A DNA stretch of 64,000 nt from Felis catus (lineage: Eukaryota), in the NCBI RefSeq assembly GCF_018350175.1, contig NC_058368.1:107386001-107450000 (forward strand), given 5' to 3'. Made by a program: the position numbers and the translations under genes. Positions 1 through 11,400 of the stretch are shown here, in pieces. The notes beneath the pieces were generated by a model. It was not told where the DNA came from, did no database searches, and was given only the letters and a program-made list of their open reading frames with translations. The first letter of the stretch is position 1; every line of letters starts with the position of its first letter.

Positions 1-335
1 CTCTGTATGTCTCTCTTGAAATAAATCAATCAGCTTTTTTAAAAAAAAAGTGCTTGCTCTCACACAGTAGTAGTGGAAGAAGGAGTAGCATCAATACCAG
101 AGTGATTCAGAGTTTTGCCAAATGACTCTTTGCTTTGTAGGAATGGGCGTATAAATAGGGAGGAGTGTTTGGTAAGGAGAGGTTCATCTTATTTGTATTG
201 GTCCAGAAAATATGTGGAATACATAGGATGGCTGAGAGATTAGGAGGAAATAGAGAAAGGTTGGGGTTAGTAGTTATTGTGATATAAAATGAATGGTGGA
301 ATTTGGGACCTAAGAGGGTAAAAAGATAGAGATGA

Positions 336-508
336 GGGACACCTGGGTGGCTCAGTCAGTTGAGCGTCCGACTTTGGCTCTGGTCGTGATCTCGGCGGTC
401 TGTGAGTTCGAGCCCCGCATCGGGCTCTGTGCTGACAGCCCAGAGCCTGGAGCCTCCTTCTCATTCTGTGTCTCCCTCTCTCTGCCCCCCCCCCCCACTC
501 ATGCTCTG

Positions 509-547
<39 letters not shown>

Positions 548-575
548 AATAAACATTAAAAAAATTTTTTTTAAA
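336..575 (+). mobile_element. CanSINE (felid SINEC_Fc2-like)
   Basis: tRNA-derived head GGGACACCTGGGTGGCTCAGTCAGTTGAGCG, B-box GAGTTCGAGCCC, (CT)n tract, AAAATAAACATTAAAA tail. Confidence 0.95.
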
Positions 576-2269
576 GAAAAAGATGAAAGAATGATGTGTT
601 TAAGTTTTTTGATATAATGTGTTATAACAAATGTATTGTTAATGTATTCATTTATTTAATAACTGTTTAAAAACCTAATCTATACCAGATGCTATGCTAA
701 TTGTTGATAACATAATGTTCAACCCTGGAGATACTATAATAAGCTAAAGGAGCTTATTCTGTAGGGTGTCCTGGGTAATAGCAAGGTTGGAATTGAGGAT
801 GTATGTGTGAGTAGCTATAGTTAGAATGGGGCTGAAGATTCCTGGACCTGAAGAAGTGAATAAATTGGAGAGAAGATCTGTAACAGAGAATAAAGGGGGA
901 GTGTTGAATCAGCTGCCCAAAATATGGGGTAAACTTCAGAACAGAAGTTTAGGAGGGTATTATGCTATAGATCCCAGTGATAGAATCTCATAAATTTAGG
1001 GATTTTAGCTTGAGGCATGGGCAGTGATCCAGGGAAAAATAGCAATCATGTGCAGACTACCAGTCTTATCCTAACCTGAGTCTTGAGGTAACTAAGGTAA
1101 AGAAGGTTGAACGGCCCCTTCAGCAGAAAATTGCAGAGTAAGTAAAGTTCAGTTAAGCTGAGGAAGGGCACTAATCATTTGATGCACTGAGTAAAGATGG
1201 CAGAAAAGGAAATCTTGGCAAGGTAGGAAACAGCGCTAGAGGAAGACATTGTGCTCTGTCCTCCATGAAGTAAGAGTTGCTGGATTTTTCCAATCATGTA
1301 TTTTCACTCTTGAGCTACATGAGTGTATCTAGTGGACTCAGTTTTGTTAGTTAATACTGAATTAAATTCTCTGGAAGAAAGAATTTCTTTCTTTAAAAAA
1401 AATGTACATCTCAATCAAAATGCCTATCCAGTATGTTTTTAGCATTTCACAAATGCAAATAGAGTTAGAACGGTTGTACAGTTTTGCACCCTAGGTGGTA
1501 TTTGTAACTGTGTGAAAAAGCATGAGTATTTTAGGTGTAACAAAATCTGCCTTTGACCTTTTGAATATTTTACCACATCCTTGTCCTTTTCAAAATGACT
1601 ACCCGTTTTTAATTCCAAAAATTTACTGAGGTTGAGGCACATTTTAATATATTCAACCTGTTCTTGTTAGGACAAACTTAAAACATTATGTGTTCTGAAC
1701 TGCAAGGCACCATAGTGACCAACTAAGACTATAATACCGTGGCATTTTTCTCGAATTTAGGCCATCTCCCAAAACAATTTTAGGAAAACAAGCAGTTCAG
1801 TGTGGATGGTATTTTGTTTTCTAGATTTTTCCGCCAAAACAAAGCCATTTTGTGAGAGGGAATAAGTTCAAGTATATGAAAAAATATCTGGTCATTATTT
1901 TAAATTAGACACAATTACATTTCAGTTTTGTTAGTAGAACAGACTGGTTTTTAAAGTCGTGTTATAAATTACAGCTGCAGTGAATCTTTGTCATAGATGG
2001 CATGGCAGCTTACCGCAGTGATTAGGAGGACATATCGGGACACACTGCTCTGCCTTGGGACTTCATCTTCATTTCTTACCAGGTGTTAGAGATGTCTCTC
2101 CAGTTTTTTTCTCTGTTAAATAGTGTTACCATATACCTTTATACATGCATTTGTGTGTGTGTGAGCTAGTAACATAGAAAGCATTTTAAAACTCGAGGAA
2201 TTAAAAGTACATAATATTATATAAGCCAAAGAAGTAAGTATAAATATAAGAAAGGAAGGAAACCAATTT

Positions 2270-2440
2270 GTGAGTGCTTAACATGTATAAAGCTTGTATG
2301 TTGCATTGTTTAATCTTCAGAACAGTCTTCTGGGGTATGATCTCATTTAAGAAATTAGGAAACTGTGGATAAGTGTTTTAAGTTTTTTTTGTCAAGATCT
2401 CACGCTGGTAAATGTCCTAGATGGAATTCAAATCATGATC
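2270..2440 (-). mobile_element. MIR SINE fragment (ancient)
   Basis: Degenerate MIR core TTTAATCTTCAGAACA...CATTTAAGAAATTAGGAAACTGTGG...CAAGATCTCACGCTGGTAAATG. Confidence 0.6.
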
Positions 2441-2441
2441 T

Positions 2442-2508
2442 AAAACCAAAATATATAGTCTTTGCATTTTATATAGTCTAAAAACCAAAATATATAGTCT
2501 TTGCATTT
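2442..2508 (+). repeat. Short direct duplication (28 bp)
   Basis: AAAACCAAAATATATAGTCTTTGCATTT at 2442-2469 and 2481-2508. Confidence 0.9.
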
Positions 2509-2729
2509 CTCCACACTAACAAACCTTGGTTGTATAAAATGGAACATTTTAAAATGAGATTTCTTGAACGTCAATTAGGTATACTATCACAAGGTTTTTT
2601 GTTTGGCTTCTATTCCTTTCCAGTATTTTTTACAGTACTGGAGATACTCACAAGGAGGAAACGTTTCTTTCCTGTTCTCCAGTTTGCCTACAAACAGAGC
2701 CACATTGTTCATTTTCCCCCAAGCCTATT

Positions 2730-3198
2730 CACTAGTCCCCCTCACCCCTTTATCCACGGTTTTGCTTCCTATACTTTCAAGTTATCTGCAGTCAACCGTG
2801 GTTCAGAAGCACATGATTCTCCTTCTTACATATCCTCAGTAGGTCACTAGTAGCTTAACACTGTGTCACAATGCCTACATCATTCAGCTCACTTCATCTC
2901 ATTACGTAAGCATTTTATCAGCTCACATCATCACAAGAAGAAAGGGGAATACACTATGGTAAAATATTTTGAGGGAGAGACCACATTCATAGAAGTTTTA
3001 TTATAGTGTACTGTTATAGTTGTATTTTACTATTATTGTTAATCTCTTACTATGCCTAATTTATAAATTAAATTTTATCATAACTGTGTGTGTATAGGAA
3101 AAAGCATAGTACATATAGGGTTTAGTAGTATCAGTGGTTTCAGGTATTCCCTGGCGGTCTTGAAATGTATCTTCCCCTTGAATAAGGGGGGACTACTA
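2730..3198 (+). mobile_element. MER44/Tigger7-type TcMar-Tigger non-autonomous DNA transposon
   Basis: Terminal inverted repeats CACTAGTCCCCC...TTATCC and GAATAAGGGGGGACTACTA; internal GTCAACCGTGGTTCAGAA and GTATAGGAAAAAGCATAGTACATATAGGGTT match the recalled MER44 consensus. Confidence 0.85.
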
Positions 3199-3334
3199 TA
3201 GTCCAACCAGGTCATGGACAGAGAGATATATTGGAAATTCCTTGCATTCTTGCTTCAGTGTTGCCTACAGGATGAAGTAGAAATAATACAGAATACTAGC
3301 ATTTATTAGAAATACTAGTGTTTCATTTCATTTC

Positions 3335-3730
3335 ATCATGACGCAGAGTCTTCCTCTACCCTGTGAATCTGGGTGTGGTCCCATGGCTGTTGGGATCACA
3401 TTAGCAAACATGATTTAGGCAGAAGAATGAAAAGTGCCTGTTAGTTGGAGCTTCACTTCTGTGGCTGCTTGGAACATGTATTATATCACGTATACAAGAC
3501 TGGACTAGCCTCCTGGAGGCTGAGAGACCACAGGAGGGAGACCATCTTAGCCACCCCAGTCAGGGTTTCATAGACTAAGAAACATGTAGGTAAGACCATT
3601 TTAAACCCAGCTAGTCTATACTGGAGGAAATGTCAACTTAACCCCTGAATTGTGAGAAATAATAAATACTTGTTGGTTTAGATACTAAATTTTGGAGTTA
3701 TTTGTCATGTGGCAAAGTCTTTCTGATATG
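3335..3730 (+). mobile_element. MLT1 (ERVL-MaLR) solo LTR, old subfamily
   Basis: GAATCTGGG..., GACTAGCCTCCTGGAGGCTGAGAGACCAC and 3' end GAATTGTGAGAAATAATAAAT...TAAATTTTGGAGTTATTTGTCATG typical of MLT1F/G/H. Confidence 0.7.
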
Positions 3731-5559
3731 ACAGACATGTGCTGGATACTTTGCTTGTCACTTTGGGGGGTTCAGAGATGAGTAAGTCTTTGTCATCCTA
3801 ATATTGGAAAAGATAGCACAGAAAAATAACTAAAATTCACGTTGGAGTTAGGGAGTGATGGAAACTTATTGTTCACTTCAATCTCAAAGTCAGTGTAAAG
3901 AAAGAAGAATGTTTTCAGAGAATTGTGGAACTCGATTTTCGAGGCATAAGGAGCATTACCCCAATTCTCAAATTCTGTGGATGAGAAAATGGAGTCAGGG
4001 TGGTCATGGCAGTGACAGACACTCATCCAACCAACAGTTTAGGTTTCTATTGTTGGGTACCATTAGATAGATGGCTGCCTTTGGATTAAAGAAGAAATGT
4101 TTCTCTTTTTTCTTATTCTCCAGTCCTTCCTGGGAAACCCCACACTCTGCCCACCTGAAAAGAACCTGGCCCATTCTGTCCACCATGGAATTCAAAAAGA
4201 AAGAATGTTGCATGATGGAGGATATCGGGTGAAGGAGCCAGCAGTTCACCACTGCACAGTGCTCATAGATGTGCTGGGTCAGAAACAGAGAGACACTAAG
4301 GCCCTGAGGCTGCTCTTCAAGGCAAATGCTCCAGGAACAGGCAGAAATAGTCCCTTGGGACAAATTTTAGACACTTCGCAGATTCTGGGAGGAATGAGTC
4401 ATGAGGATGTGCAATGGAAAACACATCTGGGTTGCTGAGGCCTTGGACCTTGGGAGACATTAGATTGGGGCCCTGGCATTCCATGGCAGAAGCTGGGGTC
4501 ACTGTCTTGAGCCCTTAGTGCTCTGGGAAAGCTATAGGATTTTACTCCAGAGCAAGCGCAATTGACCCTCGCATTCTGGCTTGGGTGGGTCCCACACACA
4601 GCAGGGCCAGAGTGAAGTCCCTGCACCTGGCCTGATTTCTGGGGCAGGTGAACCTACACTGTGACTGAGCGGGGGAATAAAGAGGCATCCACAAGCACTG
4701 GGGATTTTGTAGTGGCTACTGTGAGTTCACGACCTTCTAGAGAGTCTGGGAGGAAGGGTCCTAGGCGCTGAGGTCCCAGGTGTTTTTCATCCCAGGACTT
4801 CCCTGCCAGTGTTCTGGATCTCTTAAGATCCCATGACAAGGGGCTTCAGCTGCGCGCATCCAGCCTGATTCCGGCATTCTCTGCCCCACCACTCATGCTC
4901 AGCGCATCCCTTCCCATCCTCTTCCTGCAAAACCCAAGTATGATTCTTTTCCTCCTAATTCATTTCTTCATTCACTTATTTATTTGTTCATCCTCTTCAA
5001 ATTCCTTAGCCTAAATTATCCATTTTTAGGTGACCTGCTTCCTGCTTTCCTCAGCAACTTCGTCTCCTGTTAACTCTCTGTCGAACCAGGATGCTTAGAA
5101 CTTCTGTTTGCTCACCTGGTCTACACTCAGAGTCCTCTCTGCTTGGCCAGTTCCTAGAAGCTGCCAAGTCGTGGAGCTAATCATGTTAAAGATTCAGCAT
5201 CCCACACAAGCACAGCCTTCCTTCAAGGGGTTATTCATAAGCTTGGATTTATATTTTTGTCTTTTTCCTGATGAAGTCTCCCAGGAATTAGTGAGGATAG
5301 TATCTGCCACTACTTTTCCTCCTGACCACTTGGTGTCTCAGCCTTCTAGCAGTAAGAAGGGACAGGGCCAGTCCCAGGAGAGGGTCGGAGTAAACGGGGG
5401 GGAATTAGAGGGAGGAGTATGTGAAGGGGAGATTCACTGTCTCCTGGCAATGACTTGGCCACTTTTTCTGTGCTGTTAATGTACAGCTATTCATTTTATT
5501 GTTTGGTAATATTTTCATTTTTAAGTCATTTTGACAGCAATATGTTTAAAAAACTAAAG

Positions 5560-6965
5560 CACATATTTAATGAAAAAATGAATACATTTTTGTTTTTCAG
5601 TATTGTTGATACTCCATGTTTAACTTAAAATGTTTGTGAACATATAGCATCCATCCACCAATGGCACCAAAGTGATAACATTGATAATATAGAGAGCAGA
5701 CAACACAAATCTGCTTAAGAAACTTCCCCATTTCAGAACTTATTATTTTAGGATGGTGACCAAAGACAATGATTTAACACTTGTATCTACAAAGGTCAAT
5801 TTGCCTATCACTTTAGTGACACGACTTTTAGGTTAAATAACTCTTCTTCATGAATACTACTTTTGCTCATTATGACTTCATGTTTTCTTGTGTATGTACA
5901 TAGAATGAATTGATAGCTATCAATGCATTAGCAAAAGGGCATTTGCTCAGTGATATCACTTTTAGGTCAATATCGTCACTTCCTTGAAATAGAAACCAGT
6001 GAATTTTAACATTGATTGCATTTTTTCATCCAATTCATGGAAGAAAAGAAAGCTTTCACAAGTTAATTCTCTCAAAAGTGACATTACTGGAAGACGTATC
6101 AGTTGATTCAGGAGTTAAAATGAAGTTAAAATGATTTGTTTTGTGCTGATTATATAAGTACAGATTTTGGTAGTTCAGAGCATCATAGTTAAAAAAATGT
6201 TCTTAATAAATTAAAGCATTTATGGGGCAGAAATGAATTCATAATGTATCCAAAAAAGTTGAAATGCATTACCAATTTACATGGAAGCAAAAATAATTAA
6301 AATAAACAAGTGACATTGTATATAGTAACTGGACTTCAAGTTGTTTCCTAATGAAGCCATGTTGCTTAGTGCTGATCTTTGGGAGAACATTTCAGTCTAA
6401 ATGCTTTCTTAGTATAGACCACTGTTAGAAAATTTTGGTTTCTTTTTTTTTTAATCAATTAAAAATCTTTAATAAAAGTATTCAACAGTTAGTGCACAAA
6501 AACTTAAGCTTTATCAAATTGAATTTTTGAAAAAAAAAAGCTTGCAAATAGAGAGGCATTGAAATTTATCCCTACAAAAGCAAGGGATGTACTAAAGAAA
6601 TGGAACTATGAGAAATTCAAATGATGGATGAATTTTGAAATTCTTTAACTGTGCTTTGGAATATCTCCACTTATGAGAGGAATCTTTGAAGTTGTATTTG
6701 TAGCTTAAATTGATATTCTATACTGCACTGGGTTGAGATTTAGAAGGCTTATGATTGAAAAAAAAAAGAAGGCAGCCTTGACTTTTTAGAATCTAAATTT
6801 AGTGAAACATTAAAAAAAATAAATTTGGGGGGGTTCTTAACCATAACTTAATGAAATGAATTTATCTGGAAGTAAAAATATTTGAAAAAATTTATAACAT
6901 TATTTTAGTGCCTCCTTTTACTCTCAAAACTCCTGATGTAGATGATAAATTATATGGTCACTCCA
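5560..6965 (+). mobile_element. hAT-Blackjack DNA transposon relic with degraded transposase
   Basis: Plus-strand fragments translate to KCL*TYSIH...IESRQHKSA (BED-finger-like), KGQFAYH, FSCVCT*NELIAINALA, KMICFCADYISTDFGSS...KNVLNKLK, IFNKSIQQL, FFNCALEYL. The end at ~6900-6964 reads GGAGTGACCATATAATTTATC...TTTTGAGAGTAAAAGGAGGCACTA on the minus strand, matching the recalled Blackjack/MER81 terminus. Confidence 0.8.
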
Positions 6966-7407
6966 CATATAAGGAACTAGAAGATTGCTAGGGTGCCCCC
7001 CTAGGGTGATATGAGTGTGTCTTGTAGGCATCAACTGGAGACACTGGAAACAGAAAAGTGAATAAAAACTTTCTTTCTTCCCGTAGGTCACAGTCCAAGG
7101 GAAGAAAAAATATTCATAACTTGGTGTTATTTGTATGTTGGAAACATACACAAAGCAAGTAATAGGCTATAATGGCTAGAGTGGGTATTGCAAATACATT
7201 GGCAACTTGATTGTAGAGTGGAATGTAGAGCTTTTAGAGAGTTGGCCATCCTGCTGTATATTTCTGAAAGAAGTTCTCTGGTGTCAAAGAAAAATTGCAC
7301 TGGCTAGAGATAAATGTACAAGGAAAACTTGATTCAAGACTATTGCAAGAGGACTAGAGATTGAACTGAACTTTTTTGGGAAAAAAAAAAAAGGTGCCTG
7401 GCTTTGG

Positions 7408-7500
7408 GAGGTGCCTGGCTGGCTCAGTCCATGAACATACAACTCTTAATCTTGGGGTTGTGAGTTCAAGCCCCATATTTGGTGTAGAGATTACTTAAAA
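7408..7500 (+). mobile_element. Short tRNA-monomer carnivore SINE (SINEC_old type)
   Basis: GGTGCCTGGCTGGCTCAGTC...GGGGTTGTGAGTTCAAGCCCC...GGTGTAGAGATTACTTAAAA, no CT tract. Confidence 0.85.
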
Positions 7501-7504
7501 TCTA

Positions 7505-7731
7505 GGGCACATGGGTGGCTCAGTTGATTAAGCGTCTGACTCTTGATCTCGGCTCAGGTCATGATCTCACAGTTGGTGAGATTGAGCCTCATATCAGTTT
7601 CTCCGATGATAGTACAGAGCCTCTTTGGGATTCTCTTTCTCCCTTTTTCTCTGGCCTTTCTGCACTCACACACATCCCCACTTTCTCTCTCAAAATAAAT
7701 AAATAAACTTTTTAAAAAAATCTAAAAAAAA
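7505..7731 (+). mobile_element. CanSINE inserted in the tail of the preceding short SINE
   Basis: GGGCACATGGGTGGCTCAGTTGATTAAGCG head, CT-rich body, AAAATAAATAAATAAAC tail. Confidence 0.9.
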
Positions 7732-9239
7732 ATGGGAGAGTTTTTCACACTGAAGCAATCTAGTAGAGAAGTACTAGATGATGTTGGTGGTGCGGAGATA
7801 GATCATGATTAGATCATCTGTGTTTGCTAATTGGCATTTATGTTAGGCTCCCACCCTCGCACTGAAACTGGGAGTTAGGGGCTTTGGCTGTATCTTTCTT
7901 GATGATTTCTTTTCCAAGCGATAGCCCTCAGGACCTTGAGAAAGACTTTCCTGAGTTGTAAAAGTGGCAAGAGGCTGGGAGGAGATTTGCATTTCAGAGA
8001 GACAGAGAATTTATAATGTCAAGTTTTCAAAAGTACATGGTCTAGGTAAAGGAAATCAGGGTCATAATGAGAAAGGAACTTGTCTAAAGTTCAGTCACAC
8101 AGGAGAATCTTAAGGCCGTCTTAGTGAGTGGACCTATCACTGTGTATTTGACTCTCAACTTAAAGGAAGATAAGGAAAACTGACTTTTCTTTTCTAGATT
8201 GACTCCTTAACTGCTTTTCCTCGTGGAGCCAGCTTATTCTCACCTGAAGGATAGATCCTAATGAGGTTTGTTGGGCCATTTATGTCTGATCACAGGATTT
8301 TAAGATTAAGTGTGAATAAATAAATGCTTTTCATGCTTTTATAGTCATCTTGGGAATAGGCTTTTCCCCTTGGAAAAGCTTCCAGGGTTCCTCTATTAAC
8401 AAAGATCTTTTTCACACAGTAAAGCCAATGAAAGTGTACTTTTTTGCAAATAGGATGACAATGACAGGATCTAACATCTGCTTTAAAAGACACAGTGACA
8501 CACAGTAGCTCCAAACTAAATTTCATCTACCCACTAAATCTTAGCTTTGTTGCAGAGGAAGCATGACTAAAACCATAGCCTTAGTTTGTTCCCAAAGCTT
8601 GGATGTCCAATAAAGATGCCAAAAATGTTTTAATATTTATCTTTGATATTTGAAAGAAAGCCACATTTACTGATGGTATTTTAACATCTTTACTAATTGC
8701 CTTCAACATGTTAAAAATGCAACCTTTAACAATTATCTTTCTTTTGGAAGGTATTTTGTGCTTTTGAATAAGGAGTAAAATATACAAGAATGAAATGAGG
8801 TGGTGTAATATTTCAGTCACACTTCTTGCTTTTCTTGCTGTGTGATTTTGCTCAAGTTCTTTAACTTCTATGAGTTTCACAACTTTCTATGAGGTTTTCT
8901 GAGCTCAAATGTAGCTGATGAATTTCTGTATTCTTAAAAAACAAAGTATTTGAAGATGCTCGTATCAAGCAATTACATTACTATTCATTTGTGAGTGAAC
9001 CTTTTCCAGAGCATCTGAAGAGATGATGACTGTTTCTTGCCTTGGTATTCACTAGCACTAACCCTTGGCTAAAGTTTTGGTGGGCAGTATCATAGCTTGA
9101 GTAGCCACCAGTGAAGGTATTCGGGTAACTTCAGAAGATTAATGCATGCATGCATGCATTTATTCAGAAATTAGGTATTGAGTGCCTGCTATTTAACCAG
9201 CACTGCAGTAGGTGTCAGGAATAGACAACAGCTGACTCT

Positions 9240-9720
9240 TTACTAAGTCCTGCTGGTACCAGGATATGGTTTAAGGACTTCATTTTTTACCCATTTACTC
9301 CTCAGTACTTATCATCAGGTAGATATTATTGATATCCCCATTTTGTAGAAAAGAAAATTGAGGGACACGAGGGTGCCTCAGTATGTTGAGCTTCTGACTC
9401 TTGATCTTGGCTTAGGTCATGATCTCACAGTTGATGAGACAGAGCTCTGCTTCAGGCTCTGCGCTAACTGCGTGGAGCCTGCTTGGGATTCTTTCTCTCC
9501 CCCTGTCTCTGCCTCTCATCTCCTTGTGTGTGCTCATGTGTGTGCTCTCTCTCTCCTTCTCTCTCTCATTCTCTGTCTCTCTCAAATAAATATTTTTTTA
9601 AAAAAGAAAATTGAGATAGAAATTAAATAACTCAGTCATGATGACATTGGCTAGCAAAGCCAGGATCTAGGCAGTCTGGCTCTAAATGCTTTTGAGCATC
9701 ACTCTATAATGTTTCTTCTC
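9240..9720 (-). mobile_element. MIR, split by a CanSINE
   Basis: GGTAGATATTATTGATATCCCCATTTTGTAG...AAATTGAG [SINE] ...AAATAACT...GCCAGGAT...AGGCAGTCTGGCTCTAAA. Confidence 0.6.
9363..9601 (+). mobile_element. CanSINE with TSD
   Basis: TSD AAAAGAAAATTGAG at 9349-9362 and 9602-9615; SINE body and CT tract. Confidence 0.93.
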
Positions 9721-9999
9721 AAATAATCATAAGCAAAATAGACATGGTACTTGGCTTTCACTAGTGGTGGAGAAAGAAATTAATCAAATAATCACAATGG
9801 ATAGATGATTATAAAATAAAATGGGGTATGTCCAGGACTAGTATTATTATATAGAGAGATCCTAATATATGAAGGAACATAAAGAATATGAGAAATTGGA
9901 GGAAGGCCAAAGTGGCTGCGACACAGAGAATTAGGGGAGGAATGTTCTAAAGTATTGCCATAGAGATAAGGCTCTTTGGCATCAGGCCGAAGGAGACCC

Positions 10000-10205
10000 C
10001 TGTTCCAGTTCTGGCCTTGCCACTTCTTGGCTAGTACTTTGGGCTAGGGACTTAACCTCTCTGAGCTGGTTCTTTACTTTAGAAATAGAGATAATAATAG
10101 AATCTGCCTCAAAAAGTTGCTAAAAGCAACAAATGAAATATTTTGTGTATAACACTTAGCATAATGCTTGGCACACATGTAATATCTAAATAATGTTTAG
10201 TTATT
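10000..10205 (+). mobile_element. MIR
   Basis: GCCACTT...GACTTAACCTCTCTGAGC...AGATAATAATAGAATCTGCCTCA...ACACTTAGCATAATGCTTGGCACAC. Confidence 0.75.
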
Positions 10206-10376
10206 ATAATTATCTTAAATACTAAAAATGGTTACAATTTTAATTCCTCATACTGAATCTAATTCTTTTCCTTAGCCTGAATTGATGCTCTGTAGTTTAT
10301 ACTCTTAATTTCCATAGAGCAAGATGTGAGCTAAACTATTCTGCTTTTTTTTTTACCAGACTGTGGGCTAGAAAAA

Positions 10377-10589
10377 ATATTTTTTTAATGTTTATCTCTG
10401 AGAGAGGCAGAGAGAGAGAGAGAGAGAGCAAGGGAGGGACAGAGAGAGAGGGAGACACAGAAACCAAAGCAGGCTCCAGGCTCTGAGCTGTCAGCGCAGA
10501 GCCCAACGTGGGGCTCAAACCCACAAACTGTGAGATCATGACCTGAGCCGAAGTCACAAGCTTAACTGATGAAATCACCCAGACGCTCC
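10377..10589 (-). mobile_element. CanSINE
   Basis: Reverse-strand SINE (GAGATCATGACCTGAGCCGAAGTC), flanked by TAGAAAAAA repeats. Confidence 0.93.
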
Positions 10590-11182
10590 TAGAAAAAAAA
10601 TATTTTAAAAGATAGCATAAAATTAAAAAATAGGCTAGTTGTCATGAAAACCCTAGCACCATCACCTGCACATATGCACACATGCCTGTGGGTGTGTGTG
10701 TGTGGGTGTGTGTGTGTGTTTACACGTGTGCATACACATGTACTCTGGTGCAGATACCCTTCTATATATACTCTAGTATATATAGACCACACCAGTAAAT
10801 TTGCCACAGACCAGGTCACTCATATTATTACCTACAGCACAGTTAAGTTGAATCCCCAAATCAGTGGTTTCACTGGTTTAGAGTCACCAAAGCAACCCAA
10901 GGAAAACTAGACAAACAAATTTCTAAGTTTAGCTTCAGGGATTGTTCACAGCAGTGACTATCATTCTAAGGAATGCTGTGGGTTAGTGGATTGCCCACAC
11001 AGGTGGCACATTTCCTCCATTATACAAGACTAAGGTAGTTAGGGGGATTCATAAAAACTCAGTGGCAATGTAATTCTTTATTTGATTTGTTCTATGTGAA
11101 TGGAAGAAAGGAAGATTTCTCTTTTGTAATCAGGAAGAAGCTAGCAATTATACTGAATTCACTTCTCAAAAAGACAAGTCAC

Positions 11183-11400
11183 GGGGCGCCTGGGTGGCTC
11201 AGTTGGTTGAGAGTCCAACTTTGGCTCAGGTCATGATCTCACAGTTCGTGGGTTCGAGCCCTGCATCAGGCTCTGTGCTGACAGCTCAGAGCCTGGAGCC
11301 TGCTTCAGATTCTGCGTCTCCCTCTCTCTCTGCCCCTCCCCCACTCACGCTCTGTCTCCCTCTGTCTCAAAAATAAATAAACATTAAAAAAAATTAAAAA
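11183..11400 (+). mobile_element. CanSINE with TSD
   Basis: GGGGCGCCTGGGTGGCTCAG head; TSD AAAAAGACAAGTC at 11168-11180 and 11401-11413. Confidence 0.96.

Larger units (their letters stand above)
7282..8127 (-). mobile_element. ERV1-class solo LTR (MER31/MER34/MER67-like), interrupted by SINEs
   Basis: Minus strand reads TGACTGAACTTTAGACAAG...AGCCTCTTGCCACTTTTACAACTCAGGAAAGTCTTTCTCAAGGTCCTG...GGGAGCCTAAC...TTTCTTTGACA; subfamily uncertain. Confidence 0.7.

Noticed and set aside
2014..2112. Minus-strand exon-like segment ending GCG|GTAAGC
   Set aside because: Stops in all frames and a weak acceptor; donor-like 5-mers are frequent by chance
4004..4363. Resemblance of the 119-aa ORF to a RING-H2 finger (ICLEE...H.Y...WL) or a MARK/SIK-type kinase C-lobe/UBA end (SIMQHSFF...AAIYL)
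   Set aside because: Key ligands and catalytic motifs are missing; similarity is too weak to call without a profile search
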